The notes beneath the pieces were generated by a model. It did no database searches, was not told where the DNA came from, and saw nothing but the letters and a program-made list of their open reading frames with translations. DNA of 64,000 nucleotides, from positions 1,488,001 to 1,552,000 of the forward strand of contig OU015568.1 in NCBI GenBank assembly GCA_907165135.1, in the 5' to 3' direction. The position numbers were made by a program, and so were the translations under genes. This document shows positions 44,094-56,344 of this stretch, piece by piece (positions within the stretch are counted from its first letter, which is position 1; every line of letters starts with the position of its first letter). This DNA is from Oikopleura dioica (lineage: Eukaryota; Animalia; Chordata).

Positions 44094-44859
44094 CTTTGGT
44101 TTCTTTGGTTTTCTTTGTCTAGCGATTTGAATGAAGTAAAAGAAATGAAATTGATGATTTTATAGGACCGGCGGATAATGCTGATTAATTATGTACTCCG
44201 CGCAAGAGTAGATTCAATGGCTGATAAGGACCGCGCTTTTAGATAGAAGGTTGTGTATGAATATTGTATTTTCAGCTCGAAAATACTGTTATTTGTGGTT
44301 ATTAGACCCCAATAACGATGAAATATCAATAATTCGGAAGCAATAAAATGCAGTTTTGCGTCAAAAAAATTTTGACTCTTTAGCACCTTTCGCAAGACAT
44401 TTGTGATAAGTTTTTTTCAACAGATTTTTATCAAAAAAGAGAAAGGAAAAATGGCTCGAAGCGTATCAAAATGGACCGTATTGAAAATTCTTTCAGCGTA
44501 TGTCTTGAATTTTTTGTTTTTCATTAAATTTCATAATAGATTTGAAACTGCCTTTGCAATTGTGATGATTTTCGGTGACTTGTATTTGCTTCTGGAAGTT
44601 GAAGAAATGAGTTTTTTTAAATAAAAAAATAGGCTGATTTTTATAAAAAAAAACTCTTTTCAAAGTTGTTGATCAAATACTTGATCTTGGAACACCAGGT
44701 TTTCGGTCTCAAGATTTCAGCTTAGATTTTTCCCCAATCAAGTTAATAAATAATTCACAGTCCTAAGAGATTGCTTTCATTATAAATCTTATTTAAAATT
44801 CCAAAAAAACTTATTAATGGCCAATGATTGACGTATTTTCAATTGCCTGTTCCTATGAC

Positions 44860-45272
44860 TCTGTATCGCTCCTGAGTCTTTTGAGACCTCAAAAGATGAC
44901 AATGAAGAAGGAGATCTACTATCATATGCCTTCGCCTTGGATGGTTTTTTATTGACTGTATCGCTATGCGGAGTTTTGAGTTACTTTATGAAGGAGAAGA
45001 TGAAATATCGATGCTTGTTGGTGCATTTTCTTGGTGGAAGCTGTTTCTTTTTATTCAGTGCGTTTTTCATTTCTATTTCTGTTAGCATCGTTGTCGCAGG
45101 AATCGGGTTGATTGACTTTGAAGCTGGTTCAAACTGGTTAGAATCAATTCAAACCCCATCAAAGAAAACGAAGCAAACATGTTCCAATGGCTCTTCGATC
45201 TCCTACAAGCGTACTCAAAGGCTTTCCTCATTATCCTCAGGAAAAATTCACAACCTTCTTAAACCTCTCTAA
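44860..45272 (+). CDS. Possible membrane protein fragment
   Basis: Open frame with two hydrophobic stretches (LLSYAFALDGFLLTVSLCGVLSYF; LLVHFLGGSCFFLFSAFFISISVSIVVAGIGL). Structure unresolved. Confidence 0.3.
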
Positions 45273-45550
45273 AAATAATTGATAAGCAATAGAAGTAGAT
45301 TTGGTGAATCGCCCCAAAAAGTGTCTGGAGTGCTCTTCTTCTCCCGTCCTCAGCAGTTGCCTTTTGTTTATTTAAATCTGTTAAAGAGGCGTCTCTTGAA
45401 AATGTACTTTCTGAATACATCTAACCATCAAAATCAAGACTTTTTTTAAATATAGAATCGGTTTATCGGCGGTCGTGGGGATATACCGCGATTATCATCG
45501 AAAATTGCGTGGGCGGCCCTGATTGTCCCGTCACTCAGAAATGATAATCA

Positions 45551-45618
45551 TGGTAGCTCAGTGGTAGAGCATTCGACTGCAGATCGAGAGGTCCCCGGTT
45601 TAAACCCGGGTGTCCCCT
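45551..45618 (+). pseudogene. 5'-truncated tRNA-Cys(GCA) copy
   Basis: TAGCTCAGTGGTAGAGCATTCGACTGCAGATCGAGAGGTCCCCGGTTTAAACCCGGGTGTCCCCT. The 5' acceptor strand reads ATCATGG and cannot pair with TGTCCCC. The T-loop is TTT rather than TTC. Confidence 0.8.
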
Positions 45619-45691
45619 TATTTTTCTTTTGTAGCGAACTTTTTTTCGGACAATGATAATCGGTCAAGGACAACATGTCGGCTAAACTTTG

Positions 45692-45752
45692 CAGAAAAAT
45701 TTCTCCTAAAAATTCCCTAACCCTAACCCTAAGATCAGGGAAAATTTTTCTG
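45692..45752. repeat. Mini inverted repeat enclosing (CCCTAA)3
   Basis: CAGAAAAATTT...AAATTTTTCTG arms around CCCTAACCCTAACCCTAA. Confidence 0.65.
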
Positions 45753-45966
45753 TCTGAAAAACTTAAACTTGCCGGCTCGAAATTGACAGTAACGAAGCGG
45801 AACTTCTGACAGTAATTTGAAGGCATTGAAATAAAGTAAAAGCTTCGCCGCTCTTTTTCCGTCAGAATGAAAAAGAGATAAAGAAAGTTGAGGGAAAATG
45901 ATAATCGAGAATAAAAGGTAAAAAATTTATAGATTGACCGGTTTTTATGTTTTTAGACGCTTGGCT

Positions 45967-48252
45967 ATGACATGTGATTCTCCTGGAGTCCCACCATTTA
46001 TCCACGAACGAGCCGCTTATGGAATCCCTCCAGGTCCCTAGAGCTTCGTCTTCTCGTATCAATGAGTAATTTTCTAGCTAAACGGACGGTTTATACAGGA
46101 AATGCGAAATTTCTCCGAAGTCTATTCAGCCGCCAAACTGCACTTTCTCGGCGGCTTCTATGGGGCTTCATTCTTTTGGCTGGGACGAGCTACAGCGTTT
46201 TTACAATTTCTTTCAATGCTGTCAAATTTGGTCAAAAGTAACTTGAAAATATAATTTTCCCTTTTTAACTCGATTTCAAGCCCAACGTCAATAGTCACGG
46301 AAACGGTAATGCATCACCATCTGAATATGCCCAATGTCTACGTTTGCCCGAACTCTCAACACTCAAAATGGCGAATCGAGCGAGCCTACCCGATGCATAA
46401 AAACTTGCATAAATACATTTCCACTTTTTATGGAAATGGTCGGGAAGATCATGGCCCACTTAACCTCTCCCGTTTCGATGATATTCCGTTGGACGAGTTT
46501 CTATCGATTACGGCTCCCGATTTAATGCCTTTGCGATGCAAATTCAACATGCGGTAAACAGATTCTCTCTTGAAGAAAGTCTCCATAAAGTCTGTAAAGT
46601 GATTGTCCTCCACCAACGAACCGGCTGACAAGATACGGTATTTGCCTTTACTACAGCTTCGAGAACTCCACCGTTTCCATTCCTGGACCTCAGTCGAGCC
46701 TTATTCTTTATGTCGGTCAGTTTTAATACAAAAAAAAACAAAGTTCACGGAGACTTAGCTTATAATCATTCTGACACGACAACCGGAGTGCTCCAGTTCA
46801 TTGACGGCCTGACACTTTTCTACTCACAATACAGGTGCGTCGATTCTGTAAAAGGCACTAGGTAAAGAGAGCTTCAGTGATCACCAACATGATGTTATGC
46901 TGATGAGCCAGAGTACTACTGTCCTTGCGAATCGACTCACTCAAGTAGCCCTCTACCCTCAGGAGTATACCTACGTAAGCACTCCCCTTACATCTCAGCG
47001 AATAAAATTTTCAAGCTTCCTCCCCACTGTGGCTCGAAAAAACTCGACTTCTTCCAACAGTACACTACTGAAGAATGCCACGTTGAATGCTCGTACAAAG
47101 CTGTGATGGACAAATGCAAGTGCTGGCCCCCGTATTTTCCGATTTATAAAAAAGAGTATCCAATGTGTACTTTTACCGAGCACTCGAGGTGCATTTCCAT
47201 TGAATACAATTCCTTCAAAAATGGATCTCAAAAGCACCAAAATTTTAGTTCAAGTCTTTGAAATCCAGAATCGAGCTATTCGACTTGTGGAAATTGTCCA
47301 AAACCCTGCCACGATTTGGTCTACAATCGAAACGTTGAATACGGCAAATTTCACGAGCCAATTCAACGAGCGCTGAAGAAATATCACGAGCACAATCATA
47401 GGAATCGAATCCAAAGATGAATTGAGAATTTACTTCATTTCTTGAATTACTTTTTGGTTTCACGAAAAAAAGTACGGCGGAAATCGGCGCTTTTCAGATT
47501 TTCTTTCCATCCCTCGATGTGACGCTTCATCGAGAACGAGAAGATTATTCGACCACTCAATTTGTGAGCGAATTGGGCGGTGCTGCGGGGTTGTTTCTTG
47601 GCGTTTCTTTGATTTCAGTCATCAAGGTTCGGCGAATTTACAAAAATTTTTTATGTTCTTTTTAGATATTGGATCATCTCTTCACTTTGGCTGCGAAGCA
47701 TTACGAAGAAATGGTTCAGGAACAAGTTCAAAAGCCCGTAGTTCTTCGATTAAAAAAATCTGTCCTTCATTTTTGCAAATTCTCGAATCTTTGATGAAGG
47801 AGTATTCTTATGCTGTGAGAAGAGTTCGGGAAAATATTTGCCAGACTGATCTTCAGGTAATTTCTTTCTTCCTGTTATGTTTGATTATGACTGCAACCCT
47901 TCAGTCTGTCATTCTTCCCTGGGTTCGGGAGACCAAGAAAAAGAAGAAGCCTGAAGTCCGAAGAAAGGGTTCTTTATCTCGTAACTCGTTGCCGAGCAGA
48001 AGGCGAAAATTTGCCTTCCGCGCCAATGAGATTGCCGTTTTTGAGCCTCGGGGCGTGTCAAAGCACCGAAACTGCTACGCGCTCGGCAACAGGTTAAAAT
48101 ATGGCCTCGAAGGAGATGAACCCAGAAAAAGTGTTGACCAACAGGTAGCCGAAGCCGATTTAGACGACGAAGAAAATCGTCGAAGCTGCCAGGGATACTG
48201 CAGAAAAGACCGACGAGAGTCAGTCGCTCCACTTCTTGAACGAACTCTTTAG
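45967..48252 (+). CDS. DEG/ENaC (ASIC-like) sodium channel subunit
   Basis: TM1 RRLLWGFIL, MPNVYVCPNS, LTRYGIC, Cys-rich thumb (CHVEC..KCKCWP, CGNCPKPC), TM2 SELGGAAGLFLGVSLISV. Confidence 0.9.
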
Positions 48253-48293
48253 ATTCTTTTTTTTTGGAAATTAGGTTTTGAATAAAAGTATTT

Positions 48294-50380
48294 CTAGTCG
48301 TATATTTCTTTTATCAAAGGTGGTATACAGTCAGGAAATTGATTTGTCAGGGCTTGAAGAAAGGGTCGAAACTCTATCGAGAGACAGCGGATTGAAGAAA
48401 GAAGGAAAATAAGCTCCTGAAAATTGGGCTGTGAAAATTCGAAAAAGAAGGGGACTTACAGGAAAGCGATTTCTGATGCGCTTGAATTGGCGATCATCGA
48501 GCGTCTTTTGAAGAAGAAAAGCGTAGCGCTCCTGAATTTCAAAGAGATACTGGTCGTTGTAGCCTCGATCCTCGGAGAAGATGATTGTTGTGAGAAGCTT
48601 AAAACGCTTTGAACAATTCCGCCGTCATTCTTTCCTACCAGAGACAGTTCTTTTTCTGTCAATTGCATTCTATCGAAGGCCAGCAAAATCGACTTGAACT
48701 TTTCCATCGCATTTTCTGGAATTCCAGTTTCCGCAAGCATACTTAGGGAATAACTTGTGTTGCCGATGGTAAGGACATCACGAGTTTCGTCGTAGAATTG
48801 AGCGAGATTTACAAGATGGATCTCGAAAATGCAGCTTCTGATGACTTTCACTTGATTTTCTGTGTCGAGATAGTTGAATTCTGGGATGTTTTTGATGAAT
48901 CTGATGATGTTCTAAAATTTAGAGAATTAAAGAGTCGTTCTCAGACAATAAGGGATAAAATATAAAAAAATTATTTCATATTACAATATTATATAATTAA
49001 TTATTTACGATTGATATTAATTAACAGTTCTTACATTAAAAGAGGCATTTGTTAGGTCGGCAAGATGGATGAATTTCATTTTGTCGATGATAATATTTCT
49101 CGATTGTCGGTTTAGCTGCAGACATAAATCTGAGAAAAACGTCTTAGGTTAGAGTAAAATTTTATTTTTATGACGTCATTAATGACTCAGTCTCTAAAAC
49201 TAGTTTTTTTCGACGTTACTTTTTACGCTCTTTCCAACGAGCACAAAAACATGAGGGGTTAGGATTTAGAATTTCTATTCCTTATTGAAATTGGCCTTGA
49301 TTTGTTTTTTTCAGTAATGAATAAGAAAACTAGTTTATTTGATTGAATCAAGACTTACCACGCTCAGAATTGTGCTCGAAGAAAAGTCGCTTTCGGAAAA
49401 ACTCTCGATGAAACTTCATTTCTTCTGGGACAATTTTCTCATTCATATTCTCCTGATAGTTCTTATAAACACATTCGATTGCGATCATCTCTTCACTTTC
49501 ACATTTGCTTTTGACATTCGCTTTTAGTTTTTTGTTCTCCGCCGCTTTTCGTTTCTTCAGAATCTGTTCTTCGCTCATCACAAAGCTCGTGTTCATGCCC
49601 ATCATCAAGCATTTTTTCAAACGGCAGTGGCAGCACTTTCGTTTCTGGTCGTCGAGAATTTCGCAGTTTTCCTTGCCTCGGCAGTTGTACGTTTTTTGGT
49701 AGCGAATGGATCGTCTAAAGAATCCTTTGTAGCGGGTCAAAAATTTCATAATTCTAGCTTTGACCCCAGATTCTCGAAGCTTCTTTTGCTGAGCGATTCA
49801 GAATGCGTCCCATATTTACCCTGTCTAAGCATGTTCCAGACAGAAGAGCAAATTTGCCAACATGCAAATAAAAAAACTTTGCCCGTCTTGTTACGTCTTG
49901 TTACAGTGTCTAACATAGAACATACTGTATATTACATAATAATAACGTCTCTCCGACCCGATTCCTTTGCAACCTTCGCAAGTAAGGACATTGAAATGAA
50001 GACCATTAGCCTTACCACCGCAGATTTGACAGATCTTAAGATTAGAGTAAAATAGTTGATCAAAAGGAGGGACTGAAAGGAACAAGTAACTGTACCATTT
50101 TTACGCCCGCATATTTTGAAAATGTTTTCCGCTTTCTTGGCTGTTTCTCAGGCTGCTCTTGATGATTGTCGATCACTCCGGCGTTAATTTCGCAGACTGG
50201 TGATCCTCTTTGATCTGATTCTTTTTGGTGAATTTGAGGATTACAGAAGACCTCGGACGATGACGACATCGTTGACGAGCCAGAAGACATCTCCGAAATC
50301 GAAGAAGGCCGCGAAAACAAGTCGAAATCTATCTGAGTGTCGTGTTCGGTTTGGTACCCTGATTGCTGTTGCTGGTTCAT
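48294..50380 (-). CDS. NR1-type nuclear receptor (VDR/PXR/FXR-like)
   Basis: C4 zinc fingers [28 protein letters not shown]...[17 protein letters not shown] motifs [35 protein letters not shown]-2-like PPLIKEIY. Confidence 0.92.
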
Positions 50381-50557
50381 TGAAAGTTGCTCTGGTAAAA
50401 ATTGAATCGAAGTTGTGGGGTTTTGATCGAAGATATCATCTTTTAAGGGATGAAACTTGCACCTTTCTATTTTAAAGAAGGCCTCTTCTTTTTTTTTACC
50501 TTTTTACCCCTTCCTAAGGAAAAATCGTCTGGTAATCCATTGAAGCCAAAATTTTGT

Positions 50558-53500
50558 TCATGTGCTCGAGGTGGTAGAAAATTCATATCTCGTGTAAAGA
50601 GAAAATGATCTCAGAACTTCGTCATTAAATGGCCTCACATCTTGCGCCAAAGAATCAAACAAAAAAGCTGCATGGAGTTTTGCTGACCTAACTCCTTTTG
50701 CACTGGCTTGACCCTGTGTTCGACGAAAAGTGTTTGCTAACGTCCGCATTTCGAAATGCAATCAAAGCGAATTTTCTTGTGAATTATGCTTAGCTGACAT
50801 GATGTTAATCTGTCGAATGCTCACGTACTACCGGCATAGTGTATGTTTTTTCAGATGAATTTGAAAACACGGTGGCAAAGCGAAGGTTATTCAAGGTAAA
50901 TTCATGTTTGCTTGACCTACTTTTTTTGCTGTCGATAAACCTTGATGCATTAACTCAAGACTCAAGAAATGATTCTTCTATGTTTTTCTGTATTATCAGC
51001 AGTAGCCTTCAGGAATTTTCGGAAGTTGGAGGTTCATATTTGTAACAGGATATCTTCTTATATTCAAAACATTTTCTTTCTTGCACTGCATCAGTCTTAA
51101 AGTCAAATTAAGCAATCTCAAGAGTCAGAAATAACGTACGCAAGATCTTGTCCTTGAAAAAATCGCTCAAGAGTTCGAATATGAAAGATGTACTCCATGT
51201 TGTTTTCTTGGCGAATAAATTTGACGAATGATTTTTCTTGAATATCTTTTTTCGTCCAAGGGCTAAAATTTGACATTACGAATAAAGTACAGTTTTTTCC
51301 TCTTTTGTGGACCCCAGACATTTTATTCATTATAAGGGGTTTTCGAGGGAAACTTTTGCTAGGATAATGTTCCACTTTTGTGGACATTTGTCCAGCCCAG
51401 AAAATTTAAGAAGAAGAAACAGGGTTTTTTTTCTAAAATCAGGATTTTTTATAAAAAATCTATGGACTATACAGGATAAATGACCAAAAATTGTAAAAGA
51501 GGCAAAAAAAAGGCGTTTCGAAGATGAATTTTGCCATTTTTCGAAGAAAAATTTATTGAAGAATAAATTTTAAGGGGGAGGTCGTCAATATCGGGGTTTC
51601 TCTTGCGCAAAAAAGCGGGAAAACCTGATTAGGTAGAAGAATTCCAACTTCTCAGGTGAAAAGAATAGGGTTGTTGAAATCTATCGGCGACAATGAGAAA
51701 ATATTTTGGCTGGAAAAAATCAGTTTAAAATGCCCTCAAAGTAGGGCGAAAATCCGAAAATTCAGAAAAAATTGTCATTTTTTAAACATTTTTCTCAATT
51801 TAACCCCCTAAAACTTATTTTTAGCAAATAATTTTAGGCTCAACAGACTCGTCAGGATCTGTAGATTCTAAAAATATAATATTCATATCATATGAATCAT
51901 ATGCAGACTATATGTAGAAGTGTGATTTTGATCACCCCTGAAAATCCATATTGACGACCCACCCTTTAACCCATTCTCGCCCGCGTGGACACGCCGTGTG
52001 GACATTTTTATGAAAATTTGTGACAAAAAATGTCCACAAGAGAGGAAAATAACTGTAGGTAGTCGAAGTACTTGACGTGTTGAATACCGCAATTGACCAC
52101 AGAAGCGCTTAGGCCGCCAACCATACTGTCCGAGAATCGTAAAATCATTGTACTGAGAGTCAATGAGTTCATATTATAAAATCGTACGTACCCATAAAAG
52201 TTATTCTGTGCCGCGACGGTCAATGCCTCCTGGGTGTGGAATTTGCTCAGGTAACCGATCAAAAGCCCATCGTTCCACATTTTCGAAACTGAAAGTTGGT
52301 CACGTTCAACTCGAGATAAAATGAATGCAAATAAAAAATTGAACTTGAGCTGGCCGGTCATATTTGAGTACATTTTCGACAACTGCTGAGGTCTTACTTT
52401 CGCTGTTTTTCAGAATTTCTACTGAACCGTAGAACCAAGTCCAAAATGTGAACCTGCCATTGGACGTGTTCATCTTGAAAGAGTGAACTCACATCAAAGT
52501 TCGAAATTGGGTCGAAAAGAGTACGCTCACTCCATGCCTGTAATCTGTTAAAACTGACCCACGAAACGAGAGTCGAATCGTTGAATTCCATCATCATTTG
52601 CTCTGATTGAAATGAAGTAAGCTTTGTTAAGGATTTTCAGTCGGAAATTTTTCTATTATGCTTAATTTCAAAATCCAATCTTGATTTTTATGTGATAGAG
52701 TTGATACTCATTCAAAGGATTCAGCTTCTCATCCAGACTCGTTGAATTGACCAAATAATCATTGAGCAGTTTTGAAATCGCCCCAAGACTCGCCTGGCTG
52801 TTTTCATGAATCGACCCAAAATAATTGTACCACAAGATCGAGCCGACCGCTTTGGCTTCTTGAGTTCCATGGACGCAGATGGCGAAGGGGTTCGAGTGAA
52901 CCGAGATCAACTCCATTTGGTTATTGACTATTATATAACGGTGAAACTAAATAAACTCGAGTAGACTGTACATACAGAGCTGCAGAGGAAAAGTGAACTC
53001 GACTGTGTATATTTGCTCGTGTACATTATCATTCGAAGTCCGGTATTGAGTCGTATCAGGGGGAAGTCGAAGCGTTCGAAACTCGACTTTCCAGTTGTTA
53101 ACTTTTTTTTTGGATACAAATGAATTTTTCAAAGATTCAAAGGTTTTTTTGAACGAGCAGCATTTTTCATCAAAAAGACAAATATTGCATCGTTTGTTAT
53201 TTCACGCAAAAGACCATCGAAAGATATTTGAATAAACTCAACTTCACCCATAAAATACTATTTCAAAACTTTGCGCTCAAGGAAACCCAGTGTGCAAATA
53301 GTAAAAAGCCACCTGCAATCATAAAAATCCAACTTTTGAAAAGTCAAACATCCGGGAAGATGCCTTTCTCTGACCAATGTTTGATGATGCCCGTCTAAGG
53401 TCATATTCACGTTCGATTCGGAAGAAGTAAACAAAAGGAGCCTTCCAGAATTTTCTGTAAAGATCCGTATCCGTTCATATTTTCTTATTATTCTTGAGCT

Positions 53501-54000
53501 GCACTCGAACGGTCCCACCAAAGTCTTCCGAGTAAGTTGTCCCGTTCAAATATGCCTCTACACATTGACGAGCTCCGATGAAATAGTCACCAAGGAGAAA
53601 CTCGAGCTTGCAAGCAAAATTTGAGTTTGCCATGATGATTTGTCTCGGTTTTGACGGATTGGTACTCTTCGTTGATTCCACCCGGTGCGGTTCGTCGACG
53701 ATTATCAGGGCTGTGGATCGGAGCCATCTTTTCAAAGGCTCACAATTATAAGGATTTTTGATGAAGCCATGGATATTCGAGATTTTATCTTTAGAGCCAA
53801 TTTCCTGAGCCAATTTTGCTGATAATTGTAAAATTCGGAAATCTCGTTATTTGTCAGGTCGAACTGGCACTTTCTTGAGGTCACGGAAAAGAAATAATCC
53901 TTCCTGTTTGGCCCATTGAGCCCCTTAGTTACGAGATAGTGACAGTATTGAAACGCTTTTGCTAAGTTATTGTAGCCGCCGCACCTTTTCACTGAGATCG
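50558..54000 (-). CDS. One or two multi-exon genes of unknown function
   Basis: Chain of open, protein-like exons (LIIVDEPHRV; WNDGLLIGYLSKF; FAICVHGTQEAKAVGSILWYNYF; GPFECSSRIIRKY) separated by short AT-rich gaps. No domain confidently recognised. Confidence 0.45.
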
Positions 54001-54017
54001 GTAGATAGGATTTTGGA

Positions 54018-54672
54018 ATGCCGCGAAAAATGAAATTTTCGATAAAGATACCTTTTCTTTGCAAATGCACTAAACAGAGAAAAACAAAGCCTGAGTTCCC
54101 CGGTGTCCCTTCAAGTATTGCAGAGACTGAAAGTAGCCTAACGAAATCAGAGCAGGAGCTTTCTGCTGAAGGCCAAGTAGTGGGGACGGGCGAATTGAGA
54201 AAATTATTGATGAATCAACAAAAAGACTTGTCAAAGCTTCTCAAGGCATATTTGGCCGCTTCGAAAAAGCTGGAAAATTATAGGTACCAAATTTTTCTTT
54301 CGAAAACCAGTCGTTCTTTGAAAATAACATGTATTTCAAGGGCAAAGGATCTGTTTCTCGAGCATTTATGCAAGGAAATGGATATCGAGGTCATCAAAAA
54401 AGAAAACTTTGTTCCTGAACTTCTAAATGCTCATTTCTCCGTAACACATTTTAAAAATCAATATTGTCTTACAATTATATCTTCAGGTTTTAACTCAGAA
54501 GATGCCGGCAAACCGAGCTAAGCAGATCATGAATCGTTTGAAAAAGCTCAAAATGATCGAGATTGTCGAATTGACGCTCTATGGAAATTTGCAAAAGAAG
54601 ATAAAAGAGATCGAAGCCGAATTGCCACCAAGACCATCATCAGTAAAGAAGCCTCAATCGACAAGAAAATAG
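54018..54672 (+). CDS. Three-exon orphan protein, helical and Lys-rich
   Basis: Two short GT-AG introns with matching phases. The last exon 54487-54672 encodes VLTQKMPANRAKQIMNRLKKLK...KPQSTRK*. Confidence 0.6.
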
Positions 54673-54979
54673 ACCTAAACGTGTTCCAAAACCCTTTTTC
54701 TGACCCAATCTCCTGTTGATAGAAATGATTCGATACTTTGTCGATCACATGATAAACTCGCGTATAAATTTGTCGCAGCTGGACTTCATTGACAATTTCT
54801 TCTTGTGGTCCATTCCAGTTGAATTTCTTGCTCTCCGAGTACAACTGCCGCTTGTTTGCGATAAAACTGTAAATCACTTCGTAGCACTTGAGATAACTGT
54901 CCTTTAGGCCTTGATAGTTGAATATAACATCGTGGCCCAAGCGCTCAAATTCTCTTATTTTTTCGAAAAAATCGTTCAT
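54548..54979 (-). CDS. 143-aa ORF of unknown function, antisense-overlapping the preceding gene
   Basis: MNDFFEKIREFERLGHDVIFNY..., with a CCTTCAG acceptor 8 nt before the ATG. True 3' end uncertain. Confidence 0.4.
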   Translation of the reverse strand: MNDFFEKIREFERLGHDVIFNYQGLKDSYLKCYEVIYSFIANKRQLYSESKKFNWNGPQEEIVNEVQLRQIYTRVYHVIDKVSNHFYQQEIGSEKGFWNTFRSIFLSIEASLLMMVLVAIRLRSLLSSFANFHRASIRQSRSF

Positions 54980-55290
54980 TTTCGAGACTGAAGGAGAATT
55001 CTTTGGAGTATGGGATCCGGAATTTTATTGACTTAGAAGCAGCTGCGTGCATTTTAGGATTTTTTGGCAAAATAAGATCACTGGTTTCATAGAAACTTTG
55101 GCAAACAAAAATCGCCGTTTCTCATTTTATGATTACTTATATTGCATATTAATCATGTGACATAAATTATGTCACATAATGAATTGTTTTATAGATAGAT
55201 TTTTTCCAGAAATATACGGTTGATTTATTTGATTTTGATCAAAGAGAAACAAGAATACATGTATCAAATTCAGAATATGAATATAAGCAT

Positions 55291-56293
55291 TTAGCACAGG
55301 TTATCGTTGTAGAAGTTTCGGACCTTTCGAGCAGCTCGAATGATCTGTCGGTGGACTCGGCCTCGTCCCTCGCAAGCCCAGTTTCGGGCCCAGGAGTTGA
55401 TGGCAGCGTTGACTTGGCCGTTGAGTTTGCACATGTCGTTGGCGTCGAAGACTTGGATGTCTTCAGCCTCGGCCTCGAATCCGTTCTCGGCATAGCAGCT
55501 TTCATCGGTCTCAGATCGCTTCATCTTGTTGAGGATCTTGGTCATTCGCTTCTTGTATCGGGGGAAGAAGTCTTCGTCTCCGTTATAGGAATCGAAGATT
55601 CGCTGAAAATCATTAAGGACTTGAGAGTAAAATCTCCCTAAGACTTACGTTCAAGTGCATTTCGATGATTTGAAGTCGGCTCATTCGCTCAAAGCTGAAT
55701 TCGAAGCCGGCACCTTGGACGGATTCATCAGTGGTAAAGGTGATGGTGGCCTGACCGCCGCTGACGAAGAAATCAGGAAATCCGTTGTTGCTGGGGTTTG
55801 GAAGGTCGTAAAACGTCTTGCCATCTTCTTCTTTATTTTCAGCGGATCGTCGTCGTCTTGCGCCATTGGTTCCGCAGAAGTTGAATTCATCACCGTTAGC
55901 TTTGACTGCGACTTGATCCCAGCCGCAGACATAGTGTTCCTCGACATTGAAGGTGTTGGCGACGATGTTGAAGCCAGCAATGTTTCCGAAATCGATGTCC
56001 CACTGGCAGTGGAGCCAGTCGTAGTAGCTGCCTCGATCGAAGCCAGGGGAGTAGATGATCGTCTCGGTATCAGTGATTCTTCCTCCGCATTCTCCATCGT
56101 AGGTGCTGGCAGAGCTTGAGCTGGAAGAGCTGGAAGAGCTTGAAGAGCTGGAAGAACTGTAAGAACCCGATGAGCTGTACGAAGAGCTGTACGCAACGGC
56201 GCTTCCGACGATAGTTGCAAAAAGCTAAAGTTTAGTTGAAAGTTCATTATTCTGGAATCCTTGAAATTTTCTCTTTTTTATCATTACCTTCAT
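55291..56293 (-). CDS. Secreted poly-Ser/CUB-domain protein, tandem copy 1
   Basis: Micro-exon MK, signal LFATIVGSAVA, Ser tract, CUB (CGG..I.SPGF..Y...HCQWDI...CGWD...FCG...TFTTDESV..AGF), 46-nt intron 55603-55648, Cys-containing C-terminal domain ending DNLC*. Confidence 0.88.
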
Positions 56294-56344
56294 TTTTTTC
56301 TTTTCTCTCGATATTTTTATGATAAAACTAGCAATGACATTGAT

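Noticed and set aside
46630-46660. Suspected frameshift in DEG/ENaC at TRYG
   Set aside because: On re-reading the frame is continuous (TRYGICLYYSF).
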